Source of the DNA: Alphaproteobacteria bacterium
Lineage (GTDB): Bacteria; Pseudomonadota; Alphaproteobacteria; Paracaedibacterales; CAITNM01
Length of the DNA stretch: 64,000 bases
Reading direction: 5' to 3'
Assembly: GCA_037138055.1 (NCBI GenBank)
Contig: JBAXJB010000001.1
Span: forward strand, 22,300-86,299
Under the pieces are notes generated by a model. The model saw only the letters and a program-made list of their open reading frames with translations, had not been told where the DNA came from and did not search any database. Positions 51,501 through 61,666 of the stretch are shown one piece after another. Position 1 is the stretch's first letter. Every line of letters starts with the position of its first letter. A program made the translations under genes and the position numbers.

Positions 51501-51537
51501 ACAAACTTCCTTAAGCCATATCGGTAAGGTAGGTATT

Positions 51538-52458
51538 TTATTTATTGATTTCAAGTTTTTTGTTTATTTTTTTAGCAATAGGATGATGTTCTTGCACAAG
51601 TTGGTATACAGATATAGGCATCACATGGGTGTATATTTGGGTGGTTGCTATGTCACTGTGACCTAGTAATTTTTGAATGGTTAGTAAATCAGATCCACCC
51701 TGTAAAAGGTGTGTAGCAAAGCTATGACGAAACACATGAGGTGAAATCATCGTCGGATTTAGGCCAAATTCTAAAGCAGTTTCTTTTATTAATTGTCCTA
51801 CTCGTTGACGTGTAAGGCACCCCTCTTTACTCCTTGATGCAAAAAGAAAAACTGAGCTTTTTGGGCCACTTACAAAAATTTCTCTAACTTTTAAATACGT
51901 AAATAATGCCTCTATACATGTGTCATTTAATGGCACCAATCTTTCTTTGTTGCCCTTGCCTTTCACTAAAATCATTGGTTGAGCTGTAGCGCCTTTAACA
52001 ACACAATTTACGGGCAGTCTAATAAGCTCAGTTACTCGAAGACCAGAAGCATATAACAACTCTAAAATGGCCCTTATTCTAATGTGAGCAGGTTCCGTTG
52101 CATTTCTCAAAAAATCTAAAAAATCTCCCATTTGTTTAGAAGAAACTACTTTAGGTAAGGTTGCTGGGCTTTTTGCCGTCTTTATATGTAAACATGGGTT
52201 ACTAGCAATGGTTCCTTCATTAAATAGAAAAAGATAAAATTGTTTAAGTGTTGAAATTCGTCTGTTTATTGTGCTGACTTTAAATTCTTTGGAAAATAAA
52301 TCCTGAATATATCCTTCTATATCAGCTTTTAAAACATTTAATGCTGATTTGTTGATCCATTTTGTAAAGTGGTTCAGATCTCTCTGGTATGCTTCTAGCG
52401 TGTTTAAAGAAGCATTACGATCAGCCGCTTGTGATTCAAGAAATAAATCTATTTGCAT
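51538..52458 (-). CDS. xerD: site-specific tyrosine recombinase, XerD-like
   Basis: 306 aa. Contains GKGNKERLVPL, ISPHVFRHSFATHLL and LLGHSDIATTQIYTHV, with HHP near the C-terminus. From memory it is closer to E. coli XerD than to XerC. Confidence 0.78.
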   Translation of the reverse strand: MQIDLFLESQAADRNASLNTLEAYQRDLNHFTKWINKSALNVLKADIEGYIQDLFSKEFKVSTINRRISTLKQFYLFLFNEGTIASNPCLHIKTAKSPATLPKVVSSKQMGDFLDFLRNATEPAHIRIRAILELLYASGLRVTELIRLPVNCVVKGATAQPMILVKGKGNKERLVPLNDTCIEALFTYLKVREIFVSGPKSSVFLFASRSKEGCLTRQRVGQLIKETALEFGLNPTMISPHVFRHSFATHLLQGGSDLLTIQKLLGHSDIATTQIYTHVMPISVYQLVQEHHPIAKKINKKLEINK

Positions 52459-52557
52459 ACTTAGATTATTAACACTATATCAGAGGGCTTTACTACAGAT
52501 AATTCTTCGTGAAATACTATTAGTGTAAACCTTATCAACTTATGTGGTGTTATTACT

Positions 52558-53535
52558 ATGGATATGACTTGTACAGCAGACCCAAACTTTCTTGCAACAG
52601 CTATTGCTGTGATGATATTACTTCTTGTTCCAATGGCGTTACCCATTATAAGAAGTATCCCTAACTTTAATGTTTCAAAAGTATCCTCCATTGGAGGAGG
52701 AATGGCCATGGCAGCGGTATTTGTGTTCATGGTTCCAGACGTTGTCGCAAAAATAAGCACTGTTGCCGCGAACACGAATATAGAGTTCTTAAAGCAAGAG
52801 CACCACCTAATGTTTTTGGTGTTTACTACTTTTCTTGTGGCTTTTTGTACAATGTATGCTTTGGAAAAAGTAGCTCTTGATCGAACAAAAGTGAAGGCCG
52901 AGCCTAGTCTTTTTGTGTTTTATCTTCACATGGGAATACTCTGCGCTATGCTGATTGCTTTAGTGAGTTCATTTCCTGTTCTCGCAAAAGCAAGTTTTTA
53001 CGCAATTGGCATAGTCTGTTCATTGGCCGTTTTTGAGATTTTTCTCGAAGAAGTTGCTCTTTTGAAGCACTTTGGAGCGTTATATTCTCATGTTGGGCGT
53101 TATATAGTGATGCTTGCTATTGTGATAGGGTGGGCGCTGGGACTAAAGTTTATCACTCAGGAAAGTAGTGTGTTTACTTTAATGACGCAAGCCTTCGTCA
53201 TTGGCATGATTCTTACCGCGGTTGTGAAAGGTGAGTTTGACCTAATTAATCAATCCAACAATTATATCATTTTCATTGTTTCAGCTTTTACAAAGGTTTT
53301 GATTGTATTAGGTTTGATTAACATTGAAGATGCAAATGTGGCTAAAAGAGCAGCTATGCCTAAGCCTCAACCTCCCAAAGCTCAGGCGGATATTCATGTG
53401 CTTCCTGCTCCTGGCTCTACTTCTGCAGCACCACCAAATTTAGACATGGCGGCCGGGCCTGCAGGTCCAGTAAATCCTGGAGCGACTCCTGGGGCATCTC
53501 CAAACCCAGTTCCACCTCCACCTGCTCAATACTAA
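52558..53535 (+). CDS. hypothetical polytopic membrane protein with a proline-rich C-terminal tail
   Basis: 325 aa, about 8 hydrophobic segments. The last 61 aa contain 18 Pro by my count and end in PNPVPPPPAQY. Followed by a good terminator. The start is uncertain. Confidence 0.6.
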   Translation: MDMTCTADPNFLATAIAVMILLLVPMALPIIRSIPNFNVSKVSSIGGGMAMAAVFVFMVPDVVAKISTVAANTNIEFLKQEHHLMFLVFTTFLVAFCTMYALEKVALDRTKVKAEPSLFVFYLHMGILCAMLIALVSSFPVLAKASFYAIGIVCSLAVFEIFLEEVALLKHFGALYSHVGRYIVMLAIVIGWALGLKFITQESSVFTLMTQAFVIGMILTAVVKGEFDLINQSNNYIIFIVSAFTKVLIVLGLINIEDANVAKRAAMPKPQPPKAQADIHVLPAPGSTSAAPPNLDMAAGPAGPVNPGATPGASPNPVPPPPAQY

Positions 53536-53546
53536 TTTTTAAACAG

Positions 53547-53579
53547 AGCCCAGCATTATTTTACTTGCTGGGCTTTTTT
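53547..53579. terminator. rho-independent terminator between convergent genes
   Basis: AGCCCAGCA-ttattttactt-TGCTGGGCT followed by TTTTT. It is preceded by AAACAG, so it may act in both directions. Confidence 0.7.
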
Positions 53580-53580
53580 A

Positions 53581-54852
53581 TCACGTATAAATTCCGTTGA
53601 TAATTTCTTCAAAAAGCTTATGCCAGTTTTGTTCCGCACCAATGCGCATTAAAACAGATCCTATGCCAACCGCGGCACGATCCATAAATACAAATTCTCG
53701 CGGCGGTTTTATCCCACCTAATTCATGTAGTTTTTTATGAACATCTCGGGCCACTATCCAACCTTTTTTACCTCCATTTACATCTTGAATAGGGCGAACT
53801 TTATTTTCGAGTAAGGGCTCATATAATAACTTTGCCCATTGATTTAGCACATCAATCAGCTCATTAGAAATGTTACTGAATCCCCAACGTTTATAGGCAT
53901 CCACAGCCAAGTCTGGCTTGTTGTCTCTAAAAGCAATATATAGATCGACTACGGCTTGCAAAAACTGTTTTTCAAATCTACGCACACATCCAAAATCAAG
54001 TAAGCAAATTCGACCATCATCTAGAATTAAATAATTTCCAGGATGGGGATCTCCATGCAATATATTGAAACGATAGAGTGGCCAATACCAAGCCAAGAAC
54101 AGCTTGCGCCCTAATTCATTACGAACATCACTAGGGCATGAAATATACTCAAGCGCAGGCTTTCCTTCAATCCATTCCATTGTTAAAAGACGCTTAGTTG
54201 AAAGCTCTGAGTATATTTTTGGCACGACAACAAAATCAAACTGATTATTCAAAATATTTCTAAATTGTTCAAGATTTTTTGCTTCTAAAGTGTAATCCAG
54301 CTCTTCATATAGTCGGTCTCGAATTTCTTCGGCTATATCATGAGTATCTATAGATTTGTTGAAAGACTGGTAAATATTTAAAACCATATCTAATTGTTTT
54401 AAATCTGCACTGACAGTGGTTTCCATATCAGGGTACTGTAGTTTTACAGCAAGATTTTCACCCTGAATACTTACAGCTTTATGAATTTGTCCTAACGATG
54501 CAGCATGGGATGCTTTTAACGAAAAATCCTGGAACGAATCTCTCCAATTTTTCCCAAGCTCGCCAGTCATTCGCCGTCTTACAAAACCTTCTCCCATTGA
54601 AGGTGCATTCGATTGTAGTGTCATAAATTCTGCCGCAAATTCTGGAGGTAGGGCATCTGGTACGGTTGCTAAAAATTGAGCCATTTTCATAAATGGTCCC
54701 TTAAGCCCTCCGAAAGATTGACGTAATTTTTGTGCATAAGCTGCTTCATCGATATTCAATCCTAAGTATTCTTGAGCGCTAACCCGCATGCCAATCCCGG
54801 TTAGAGTTGTGCCCACATCGAATAGTCGCTTCAGTGTTTTAAAATGTTCCAT
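53581..54852 (-). CDS. ABC1/UbiB-family atypical kinase
   Basis: 423 aa. Contains AASLGQIHKA, HGDPHPGNYL and LLDFG. No C-terminal TM helices. Confidence 0.86.
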   Translation of the reverse strand: MEHFKTLKRLFDVGTTLTGIGMRVSAQEYLGLNIDEAAYAQKLRQSFGGLKGPFMKMAQFLATVPDALPPEFAAEFMTLQSNAPSMGEGFVRRRMTGELGKNWRDSFQDFSLKASHAASLGQIHKAVSIQGENLAVKLQYPDMETTVSADLKQLDMVLNIYQSFNKSIDTHDIAEEIRDRLYEELDYTLEAKNLEQFRNILNNQFDFVVVPKIYSELSTKRLLTMEWIEGKPALEYISCPSDVRNELGRKLFLAWYWPLYRFNILHGDPHPGNYLILDDGRICLLDFGCVRRFEKQFLQAVVDLYIAFRDNKPDLAVDAYKRWGFSNISNELIDVLNQWAKLLYEPLLENKVRPIQDVNGGKKGWIVARDVHKKLHELGGIKPPREFVFMDRAAVGIGSVLMRIGAEQNWHKLFEEIINGIYT

Positions 54853-55570
54853 TATTTTCTTTTATAGCTCTGGCTATGGTCAGTACTTCAACTCTTGCTG
54901 CTCCTGCATTTAATAAAGCCTGAGCGCATGCATTGGCAGTTGCTCCGCTTGTAAGCACATCATCGATCAATAGTACATTTGCATTTTTTAAAATATTTTT
55001 AGAATCAGTTACTGCAAATGCATCTTTAAGATTTTCATAGCGTAGCGATTTACTTTTGTGTCCCTGCGACGTGGTTGACTTTACGCGTTTTAAAAGATTT
55101 GGGTTAATTGCAACATTTGTATACTTTGCGATTAATTTTCCAAGTTCTGTTGCCTGATTATATTGACGGATGAAAAAACGCCACCAGTGCAAGGGGACTG
55201 GCACAATAATACTAGTGTCATTAGGAAGACATCGTTGCATCCAGCCAAAAAGCATAGGGCCCAAGTGTAGTCCATCGTAATTTTTATATCTCAGCACAAG
55301 TTTTTTTACTGAATCATTGTAAATAAGCGGTGCGTGGGCTTTAGAAAAAACAGGGGGGTGTTTTAAGCAATCTGTGCATGGCATGTCATGATCAACATTA
55401 TCTAGAGGAACACAACATACAGAACATTTAGGTGATGTTATAAATCTTAATTTGGGCCAGCAATCACTACACAAAGTGTATGGCTCTTTTGTTATTTCTC
55501 TACACAATGCGCATTGCGGTGGGAGCAAAAAATTAATCACAGCTTGCGCAGCAGGTGTGTTAAAAATCAC
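54839..55570 (-). CDS. comF: ComF-family protein (phosphoribosyltransferase domain)
   Basis: 243 aa. N-terminal Cys clusters (CALC...CSDC, CSVC...CTDC) and a PRTase loop VLLIDDVLTSGATA. Confidence 0.8.
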   Translation of the reverse strand: MIFNTPAAQAVINFLLPPQCALCREITKEPYTLCSDCWPKLRFITSPKCSVCCVPLDNVDHDMPCTDCLKHPPVFSKAHAPLIYNDSVKKLVLRYKNYDGLHLGPMLFGWMQRCLPNDTSIIVPVPLHWWRFFIRQYNQATELGKLIAKYTNVAINPNLLKRVKSTTSQGHKSKSLRYENLKDAFAVTDSKNILKNANVLLIDDVLTSGATANACAQALLNAGAARVEVLTIARAIKENNGTF

Positions 55571-56205
55571 TTTTGTAAACGTGCTATGTTTGCAGGAACA
55601 GGATGATCCTTAGCTTTTACGGTTTCTAGAAATGAGTGTTTTTGCATGTACCCATCGTACCAACGGTAGAGTTTTTCGTAGTTTTTTCGGAATGGCTCAT
55701 CTGAAAAACGAAGATCAACGTAGGACAAAAACGTTGCTACACATAAATTTTCAAATAAGATTTCTCGATTTAGCTTAGTGTCTATACTCTCATCAAGATA
55801 TTTCAGCCCACTGGTTAGCGCTAAGCGTTGACGATCGTACCAATCTTCACACTGCAAATGCTTTGGCCGAAAAAAATGTTCATATCTCATCGAAACTGCA
55901 GCATCTGCCATGCCATCAACCAGGGCTTGTACTTTTAATGATTTAAACTTATCTGGCATCAGCGCAGTGGTTTTTCCTGCTTTATCCATAATGAATTCAC
56001 AAATTACCGATGAATCAAAGATGGTTTCATCAGCACTTATTTTTAAAGCAGGGATTTTACCCAAGGGATTTAGTTTTCTAAAAAATGTATCTGTTTGCCA
56101 GGGATGAAATTCTTCAACGATAATATTTTTTGTTTGTTCGCAGGCTAAAATAACCGCTTTAACTTTGCATCCAAAAGGAGAGCTAGGAAATGAATAAAGT
56201 ATCAT
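55567..56205 (-). CDS. glutathione S-transferase family protein
   Basis: 212 aa. Thioredoxin-like N-terminal domain (NPLGKIPAL, FDSSVICEF) and a helical C-terminal domain. Confidence 0.78.
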   Translation of the reverse strand: MILYSFPSSPFGCKVKAVILACEQTKNIIVEEFHPWQTDTFFRKLNPLGKIPALKISADETIFDSSVICEFIMDKAGKTTALMPDKFKSLKVQALVDGMADAAVSMRYEHFFRPKHLQCEDWYDRQRLALTSGLKYLDESIDTKLNREILFENLCVATFLSYVDLRFSDEPFRKNYEKLYRWYDGYMQKHSFLETVKAKDHPVPANIARLQK

Positions 56206-56236
56206 CGGTACAAATGCTAAAGTATCTTAGCCTATG

Positions 56237-56902
56237 CTAGCATGCAACCTTATGGTTTTCAGCATATTTTTCTATAAATTCACGAGGTAATCCGATATCA
56301 GGGCAAACTATTTCTCCACATAATGCGTTGGCATTCGCATGATTATGAACAGGTTTCAGGCATCCTATAGCAACAGTGAGATTTGGCACAACAACATTTC
56401 CTGTGCTTGTGGAAGTATTTGCATCTATTCCGCTTGGAACGTCAATCGAAATAACGGGATTAGATTGCTTGTTCAAATTGTTTATTAGCTGCTCAAAAAT
56501 ACCTTCGGGCTTTTTGGTTAGTCCAATCCCAAACAAAGCATCAATGTATATGTCTCCAGAAACAGGCATATCGGCAAATTCAATGTTTGGATAAAAGGCT
56601 TTGGCACGATTTATATTAATATTCAAAACATCTTGAGAAGGCAAAACAGGCATGAAAATAGTTATTTTTTTTGTATGAGGAGCTAGAAATAAGGCTGTAG
56701 AAACGCCATCTCCACCATTTTTTCCAGGTCCTGCAAATATAACCACGTGATCACTGCAAAATGGTCCGTAGTACTTTAAAATCTCTTTTGCACAAGAAAA
56801 TCCTGTAACCTCAATCAGACTTCCTTCGTCTAATCCAGTTATTCGTAAATAATCTGATTCACATAGTATGGTAGCTTCTTTGTTTAGAACTGGAAAATCC
56901 AT
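56237..56902 (-). CDS. nnrE: NAD(P)H-hydrate epimerase (stand-alone YjeF N-terminal domain)
   Basis: 221 aa. Contains FAGPGKNGGDG and DALFGIGL. No fused carbohydrate-kinase (NnrD) domain. Confidence 0.8.
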   Translation of the reverse strand: MDFPVLNKEATILCESDYLRITGLDEGSLIEVTGFSCAKEILKYYGPFCSDHVVIFAGPGKNGGDGVSTALFLAPHTKKITIFMPVLPSQDVLNININRAKAFYPNIEFADMPVSGDIYIDALFGIGLTKKPEGIFEQLINNLNKQSNPVISIDVPSGIDANTSTSTGNVVVPNLTVAIGCLKPVHNHANANALCGEIVCPDIGLPREFIEKYAENHKVAC

Positions 56903-57105
56903 GAAAGGCCTTTGTATTTATTTAAAATGTAAAAATTTCAAATTTTAGCACTATACAACTAATTTTTTTGAATTTTTTATATTTTTGTTTTCTGCTCCAA
57001 GTATATCGGATTCTACGTAATCATTGTCAATCATTTTTCCAGAAGGTTTTTTGTTTTTTGCAGAAGATAATGCACTAACTAATGTAGCGTTGCATTTTTA
57101 CAACT

Positions 57106-59982
57106 TTATGCGCTAATCATTCGAGCTTTCAAGTATGGTTTCAGGTACTGGCCTGTATAGCTTTTTGCAATCTTTGCAATTTCTTCAGGTGTGCCTGTTG
57201 CAATAACTTCACCACCACCATCTCCACCTTCAGGCCCCATATCAATGACCCAGTCAGCCGTCTTAATCACTTCTAAGTTATGCTCAATAACTAAAACTGT
57301 ATTTCCTTGCTCAACTAAGTGGTGCAAAACTTCCAATAATTTTCGAACATCTTCAAAATGCAAGCCTGTTGTCGGTTCATCAAGAATATACAAAGTTTTT
57401 CCGGTGGCGCGACGTGATAATTCTTTTGCTAGTTTTACGCGCTGAGCTTCGCCACCTGATAGGGTTGTTGCTTGTTGGCCTACTTTTATATATCCCAAAC
57501 CCACTTGTTTAAGGGCACGTAACTTGTCAGCTACAGCGGCATTGTTTTCAAAAAAATCTACTGCTTCTTCAACGGTCATATCTAAAACATCAGCAATGCT
57601 TTTATTTTTATATGTAATTTCTAATGTTTCACGGTTGTAGCGTTTCCCATGACATTGATCGCATTCTACGTAAACATCAGGCAAGAAGTGCATTTCAATT
57701 TTTACAACACCATCTCCCTGACAAGCTTCACAACGACCACCTTTGACGTTGAAAGAAAATCTACCAGGCGTATAGCCACGTGTTTTTGCTTCGGGCATAC
57801 CTGAAAACCATTCACGAATTGGTGTAAAACATCCAACGTATGTTGCTGGGTTTGAACGTGGGGTGCGGCCAATAGGTGATTGATCAATATCAATAACCTT
57901 ATCAATATGTTCCGCACCTTCTAATGATTTATAAATTCCAGGTAAATCTCGTCCATGATTAAATTGACGATTCAACGCTTTGTATAAGGTTTCTATTACA
58001 AGGGTTGATTTTCCACCTCCTGAAACTCCGGTAACACATGTAAATGTACCCAAAGGAAATGTAGCTTCAACATTTTTTAGATTGTTTGTTTTTGCGCCAG
58101 TGATTTTTAAAAATTTATCTATGTGACCTGTTCGACGGTGTGCTGGTATGGGGATGGACTTTGTGCCTTTCAGGTACTGACCTGTCAAACTTTTAGGACA
58201 CAACATTATTGTTTGTGGTGTGCCTTCCGAGATAATTTCACCGCCATGCACGCCTGCTGCTGGCCCCATATCAATTACATAGTCTGCAGTGCGTATAGCA
58301 TCTTCATCATGCTCAACAACCACTACTGAATTGCCTAAATCACGTAAGTTACGCAGAGAATCAAGCAAACGATCGTTATCGCGTTGATGCAAGCCAATTG
58401 ATGGTTCATCTAGTACATACAGCACACCCGTAAGGCCTGATCCTACTTGAGAAGCCAAACGTATGCGTTGGCTTTCGCCACCTGAAAGAGTTCCTGCTCC
58501 CCTTGAAAGAGTAAGATAATCAAGTCCAACATCAATTAAAAATTTCAATCGGTTACGAATTTCTCTTAAAATCTTATCGGCAATGTCTTGTTGTTTTTTT
58601 GTTAGCTCTAGGCTTTCAAACCACTTCAATGCATCTTTTATAGAGAATCGACATACTTCACCAATATGCAATTGTGCAAGTTTTACACACAAGGCTTCAT
58701 CTTTTAATCTGTAGCCTCCGCAACTATGACAGGGTGTTTCGTTTTGGAACCGTCGTAAAAATTCTCTAGTCCAATCGCTTTCTGTTTCTAACCATCTGCG
58801 ACGTAAATTTGGAATAACGCCTTCAAAAGGTTTTTTTGAAATGTATTTGCGAACCCCATCATTATACACAATAGGAATAATTTCAGTGCCTGACCCATGA
58901 AGAATAATTTTCTTTAAGTTTTCTGACAGGTCTTTGAATGGAGTTGTTGCGCTTTCGCTAAAATAGTTGGCAAGTCCATCTAGCACTTGCGCATAATATT
59001 CCGAGGTCATTTGCCCACGCTTATTAGTTACTGCACTTTCTTGTGCTGACCATGGTGCAATTGCCCCTTCACGTAAGCTAAAATCATGATTTGGCACAAC
59101 AAGATGCTCATCAAAAACAATTTCAAGGCCTAAGCCATCACAGGTAGCGCAAGCACCATGTGGGCTATTGAAAGAAAACAGACGAGGTTCTATTTCTTCC
59201 AAAGTAAATCCTGATGTAGGGCATGCAAATTTTGAAGAATAAGTTGTAATCACCTGGGTATCTGCATTTTGTACCCACAATAATCCATCACTCAGCTTTA
59301 CTGTTGTTTCAATTGAATCAGCTAAACGTGTTTGAATATCTTCAGGCGCTGCCATCACTAAACGATCAACAACTACAGCGATTGTGTGCTTTATTTTTTT
59401 GTTAAGAGTTGGCGCTTCTTCAATGGCGTAAATTTTTCCATCAATGTAAACGCGCTGAAAACCTTTTTTTTGCAGATCTTGCATTTCTTTTTTGTATTCA
59501 CCTTTACGGTCACGCACGATGGGAGCAAGAATCATGATTTTAGTTTTTTCAGGGAGCTCTAAAATACGATCAACCATTTGACTAATGGTTTGCGCTTCAA
59601 TGGGAAGTCCGGTGGACGGTGAATGCGGCACACCTATGCGTGCAAATAACAAACGCAAATAGTCATACAATTCGGTGACTGTTCCAACTGTTGATCGTGG
59701 ATTTTTTGACGTTGTTTTTTGTTCAATCGAAATTGCTGGGCTTAAACCTTCTATGGAATCCACATCTGGTTTTTGCATTAACTGCAGGAATTGCCTAGCG
59801 TATGTTGATAAGCTTTCAACATAGCGGCGCTGACCTTCAGCATAAAGCGTATCAAATGCAAGAGATGATTTTCCAGATCCACTAAGGCCAGTAATAACTA
59901 CCAACTTATTGCGTGGAATATCTACATTCACATTTTTAAGGTTATGTTCGCGTGCTCCACGAATCTTAATTGTATCTTGCAT
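57106..59982 (-). CDS. uvrA: excinuclease ABC subunit A
   Basis: 958 aa. Two ABC ATPase modules ([24 protein letters not shown]), zinc-finger Cys clusters and LSGGE signatures. Confidence 0.98.
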   Translation of the reverse strand: MQDTIKIRGAREHNLKNVNVDIPRNKLVVITGLSGSGKSSLAFDTLYAEGQRRYVESLSTYARQFLQLMQKPDVDSIEGLSPAISIEQKTTSKNPRSTVGTVTELYDYLRLLFARIGVPHSPSTGLPIEAQTISQMVDRILELPEKTKIMILAPIVRDRKGEYKKEMQDLQKKGFQRVYIDGKIYAIEEAPTLNKKIKHTIAVVVDRLVMAAPEDIQTRLADSIETTVKLSDGLLWVQNADTQVITTYSSKFACPTSGFTLEEIEPRLFSFNSPHGACATCDGLGLEIVFDEHLVVPNHDFSLREGAIAPWSAQESAVTNKRGQMTSEYYAQVLDGLANYFSESATTPFKDLSENLKKIILHGSGTEIIPIVYNDGVRKYISKKPFEGVIPNLRRRWLETESDWTREFLRRFQNETPCHSCGGYRLKDEALCVKLAQLHIGEVCRFSIKDALKWFESLELTKKQQDIADKILREIRNRLKFLIDVGLDYLTLSRGAGTLSGGESQRIRLASQVGSGLTGVLYVLDEPSIGLHQRDNDRLLDSLRNLRDLGNSVVVVEHDEDAIRTADYVIDMGPAAGVHGGEIISEGTPQTIMLCPKSLTGQYLKGTKSIPIPAHRRTGHIDKFLKITGAKTNNLKNVEATFPLGTFTCVTGVSGGGKSTLVIETLYKALNRQFNHGRDLPGIYKSLEGAEHIDKVIDIDQSPIGRTPRSNPATYVGCFTPIREWFSGMPEAKTRGYTPGRFSFNVKGGRCEACQGDGVVKIEMHFLPDVYVECDQCHGKRYNRETLEITYKNKSIADVLDMTVEEAVDFFENNAAVADKLRALKQVGLGYIKVGQQATTLSGGEAQRVKLAKELSRRATGKTLYILDEPTTGLHFEDVRKLLEVLHHLVEQGNTVLVIEHNLEVIKTADWVIDMGPEGGDGGGEVIATGTPEEIAKIAKSYTGQYLKPYLKARMISA

Positions 59983-60117
59983 GATTGACCGCTTTATTAA
60001 AAAATTTGTAGGGTATATTTGCAGCTGCTAATTAAAGTGCAGCGTGTTTTTATGAAACACTCGCTAGACTAGTACAAATTACTTGCACAAGCAACATTTT
60101 AGAATGGGTAATATTAT

Positions 60118-60543
60118 ATGCGTATTGCAATTGGAGCAGACCACGGAGGGTATGTTCTTAAAGAAAAAATAAAATCAGCTGATTCAGTTAATCAGTGGAT
60201 TGATGTTGGTGCATTCAATGCAGAAAGTTCCAATTACGCTGAATTTGCCCAATTAGTTGCTCAGAAAGTTCAATCTCGCGAAGTAGATTTTGGCATTATT
60301 ATTTGCCGAAGCGGGATTGGCGTATCAATTGCAGCAAATCGCCACAAAGGCATTTATGCGGCTTTATGTTTGAGCAATTCCATGGCAATAAGTGCGCGCA
60401 CCCATAACAACGCAAATGTTCTGTGCATTGCTGCGGATTACACATCTTTTGCAGAGGCTCAGGAAATGATTCGTCTGTTTTTATCAACTGCTTTTGAAGC
60501 CGGCGGACGGCATGAAGCAAGGTTTAAAAGTATTGATGTGTGA
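60118..60543 (+). CDS. rpiB: ribose-5-phosphate isomerase B
   Basis: 141 aa. Contains MRIAIGADHGGYVLKEKI and ICRSGIGVSIAANR. Confidence 0.92.
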   Translation: MRIAIGADHGGYVLKEKIKSADSVNQWIDVGAFNAESSNYAEFAQLVAQKVQSREVDFGIIICRSGIGVSIAANRHKGIYAALCLSNSMAISARTHNNANVLCIAADYTSFAEAQEMIRLFLSTAFEAGGRHEARFKSIDV

Positions 60544-60551
60544 ATTGGATG

Positions 60552-60959
60552 CTACAATCCAGAATCATTAGTATTAACTACCAACTCGTCATAGCCAGTT
60601 CTATCATCCAGTTCTCGTTCAAATGATAAGTTTTTAAGGGTCATAATCGCTATTTCTGCTGTGGTTCTAACTATGCATCCATCCATAAGATGTCCACCTA
60701 AAGTTTTACCTGTGCGGTCTGAAATTGCTAAATGAACATGGTTTCCCGATTCAGAAAGAGTGCCTGTCATAGATAAAATCTCAAAAGCATCTGAAATGTT
60801 TAAGCAATCTTTCCCACCAGCTGTTCTTAAGTTAATAGCAGACAAGCTCCCAACCACAGAGAGTATAACTCCCGCTTTAATATTGTTGATTTGTACAAAA
60901 TTTTTAAGTTCTTTTTTAACATCTTGATTAGGTAATAAGCGAAAAACATGAACGTTCAT
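60552..60959 (-). CDS. PPC/DUF296 domain protein
   Basis: MNVHVFRLLPNQDVKKEL...SGNHVHLAISDRTGKTLGGHLMDGCIV fits the PPC (DUF296) fold family. ATG 60959 is preferred over TTG 60989. Confidence 0.68.
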   Translation of the reverse strand: MNVHVFRLLPNQDVKKELKNFVQINNIKAGVILSVVGSLSAINLRTAGGKDCLNISDAFEILSMTGTLSESGNHVHLAISDRTGKTLGGHLMDGCIVRTTAEIAIMTLKNLSFERELDDRTGYDELVVNTNDSGL

Positions 60960-61182
60960 GACGGATTTTACTCCTTCGTAAATTAGCAATTGAATTGAAT
61001 GTTAGTTTCTTACAATAATTTGGACTGTTGATCAACTTGTCAATTAAAAGTGTAAAGAGAAAACGGTGAATTTGCCCTAAAAATTAGCCGTCCTATAAAA
61101 CATTTTCAGGATGGTTTATAAAACTTGCTTTTTTCACAGGCCTTTCTTACATTGTAGACAGCAAGATATCACTATAGTTTAT

Positions 61183-61653
61183 ATGTCTAGAGTACTTACT
61201 TTAATTGGAATATCCCTAGTTTTAACCGCTTGTGACAGCGTAAAGAGCACATTAGGAATGGATCATTACCAAGCTGATGAATTTAATATCAAGCAAAATG
61301 ACCCGCTCGATTTGCCACCAAATTACAAGCTAATGCCTCCTCGCACTAAAGATAAAGAGGGCAAAAGCGTGCCATTAAGTGCCTCTGCTGAAAAAGCTAA
61401 GCACGTTGTTGGTGGTGGAGAATCAGAAGCTTCTCTTTCAGAAGCAAGCCAGCAAGACTTAAAAGACAAAGCAGGCTCTGCAGATGATGCTATCCGAAAT
61501 CAAGTTGACGAAGAATCAAAAGAAGAAGGCGATAGCACTTTGGATAAAAAGCTTAATGCGTGGAAAAAAGAATTCACACAAAATGCTAAGTCAATAAGTG
61601 GCCCTGAAAAAAACACTGACAATGCTAGTGAGTCTGAACAAGCTAATAAATAA
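61183..61653 (+). CDS. lipoprotein, DUF3035-like
   Basis: The ATG 61183 form begins MSRVLTLIGISLVLTAC|DS (lipobox). It has a conserved-looking DEFNIKQNDPLDLPPNYKLMPPR block, then an acidic, disordered tail. Confidence 0.62.
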   Translation: MSRVLTLIGISLVLTACDSVKSTLGMDHYQADEFNIKQNDPLDLPPNYKLMPPRTKDKEGKSVPLSASAEKAKHVVGGGESEASLSEASQQDLKDKAGSADDAIRNQVDEESKEEGDSTLDKKLNAWKKEFTQNAKSISGPEKNTDNASESEQANK

Positions 61654-61666
61654 TCAGACATAGGCC

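Noticed and set aside
51538-52458. Tyrosine recombinase considered as a marker of an integrated mobile element
   Set aside because: The sequence is XerD-like and embedded between rimP-nusA-infB and ordinary genes. There is no flanking tRNA target, direct repeats, phage or transposon genes, or compositional shift. It is the chromosomal dimer-resolution recombinase.
52461-52775. 104-aa minus-strand ORF between xerD and the membrane protein gene
   Set aside because: It overlaps the N-terminus of the 325-aa + strand membrane protein, and its hydrophobicity is the mirror image of that gene. There is no independent support.
56951-57034. 27-aa minus-strand ORF (MIDNDYVESDILGAENKNIKNSKKLVV) in the 203-nt AT-rich gap between uvrA and nnrE
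   Set aside because: It has no convincing RBS, hydrophobic segment or motif. An ORF of this length is expected by chance in AT-rich spacer, which more likely holds the nnrE promoter.
59983-60117. Possible SOS (LexA) box in the uvrA/rpiB divergent region
   Set aside because: I found no GTTC-N7-GTTC / GAAC-N7-GAAC alphaproteobacterial motif and no CTGT-N8-ACAG motif.
61027-61036. 10-bp perfect palindrome GTTGATCAAC between the DUF296 and lipoprotein genes. A 7-bp hairpin GTCATAT-cttt-ATATGAC lies at 42235..42252.
   Set aside because: These are short isolated palindromes in divergent promoter regions. They could be operators, but there is no cognate regulator nearby and no second copy, so the evidence is too weak to call.
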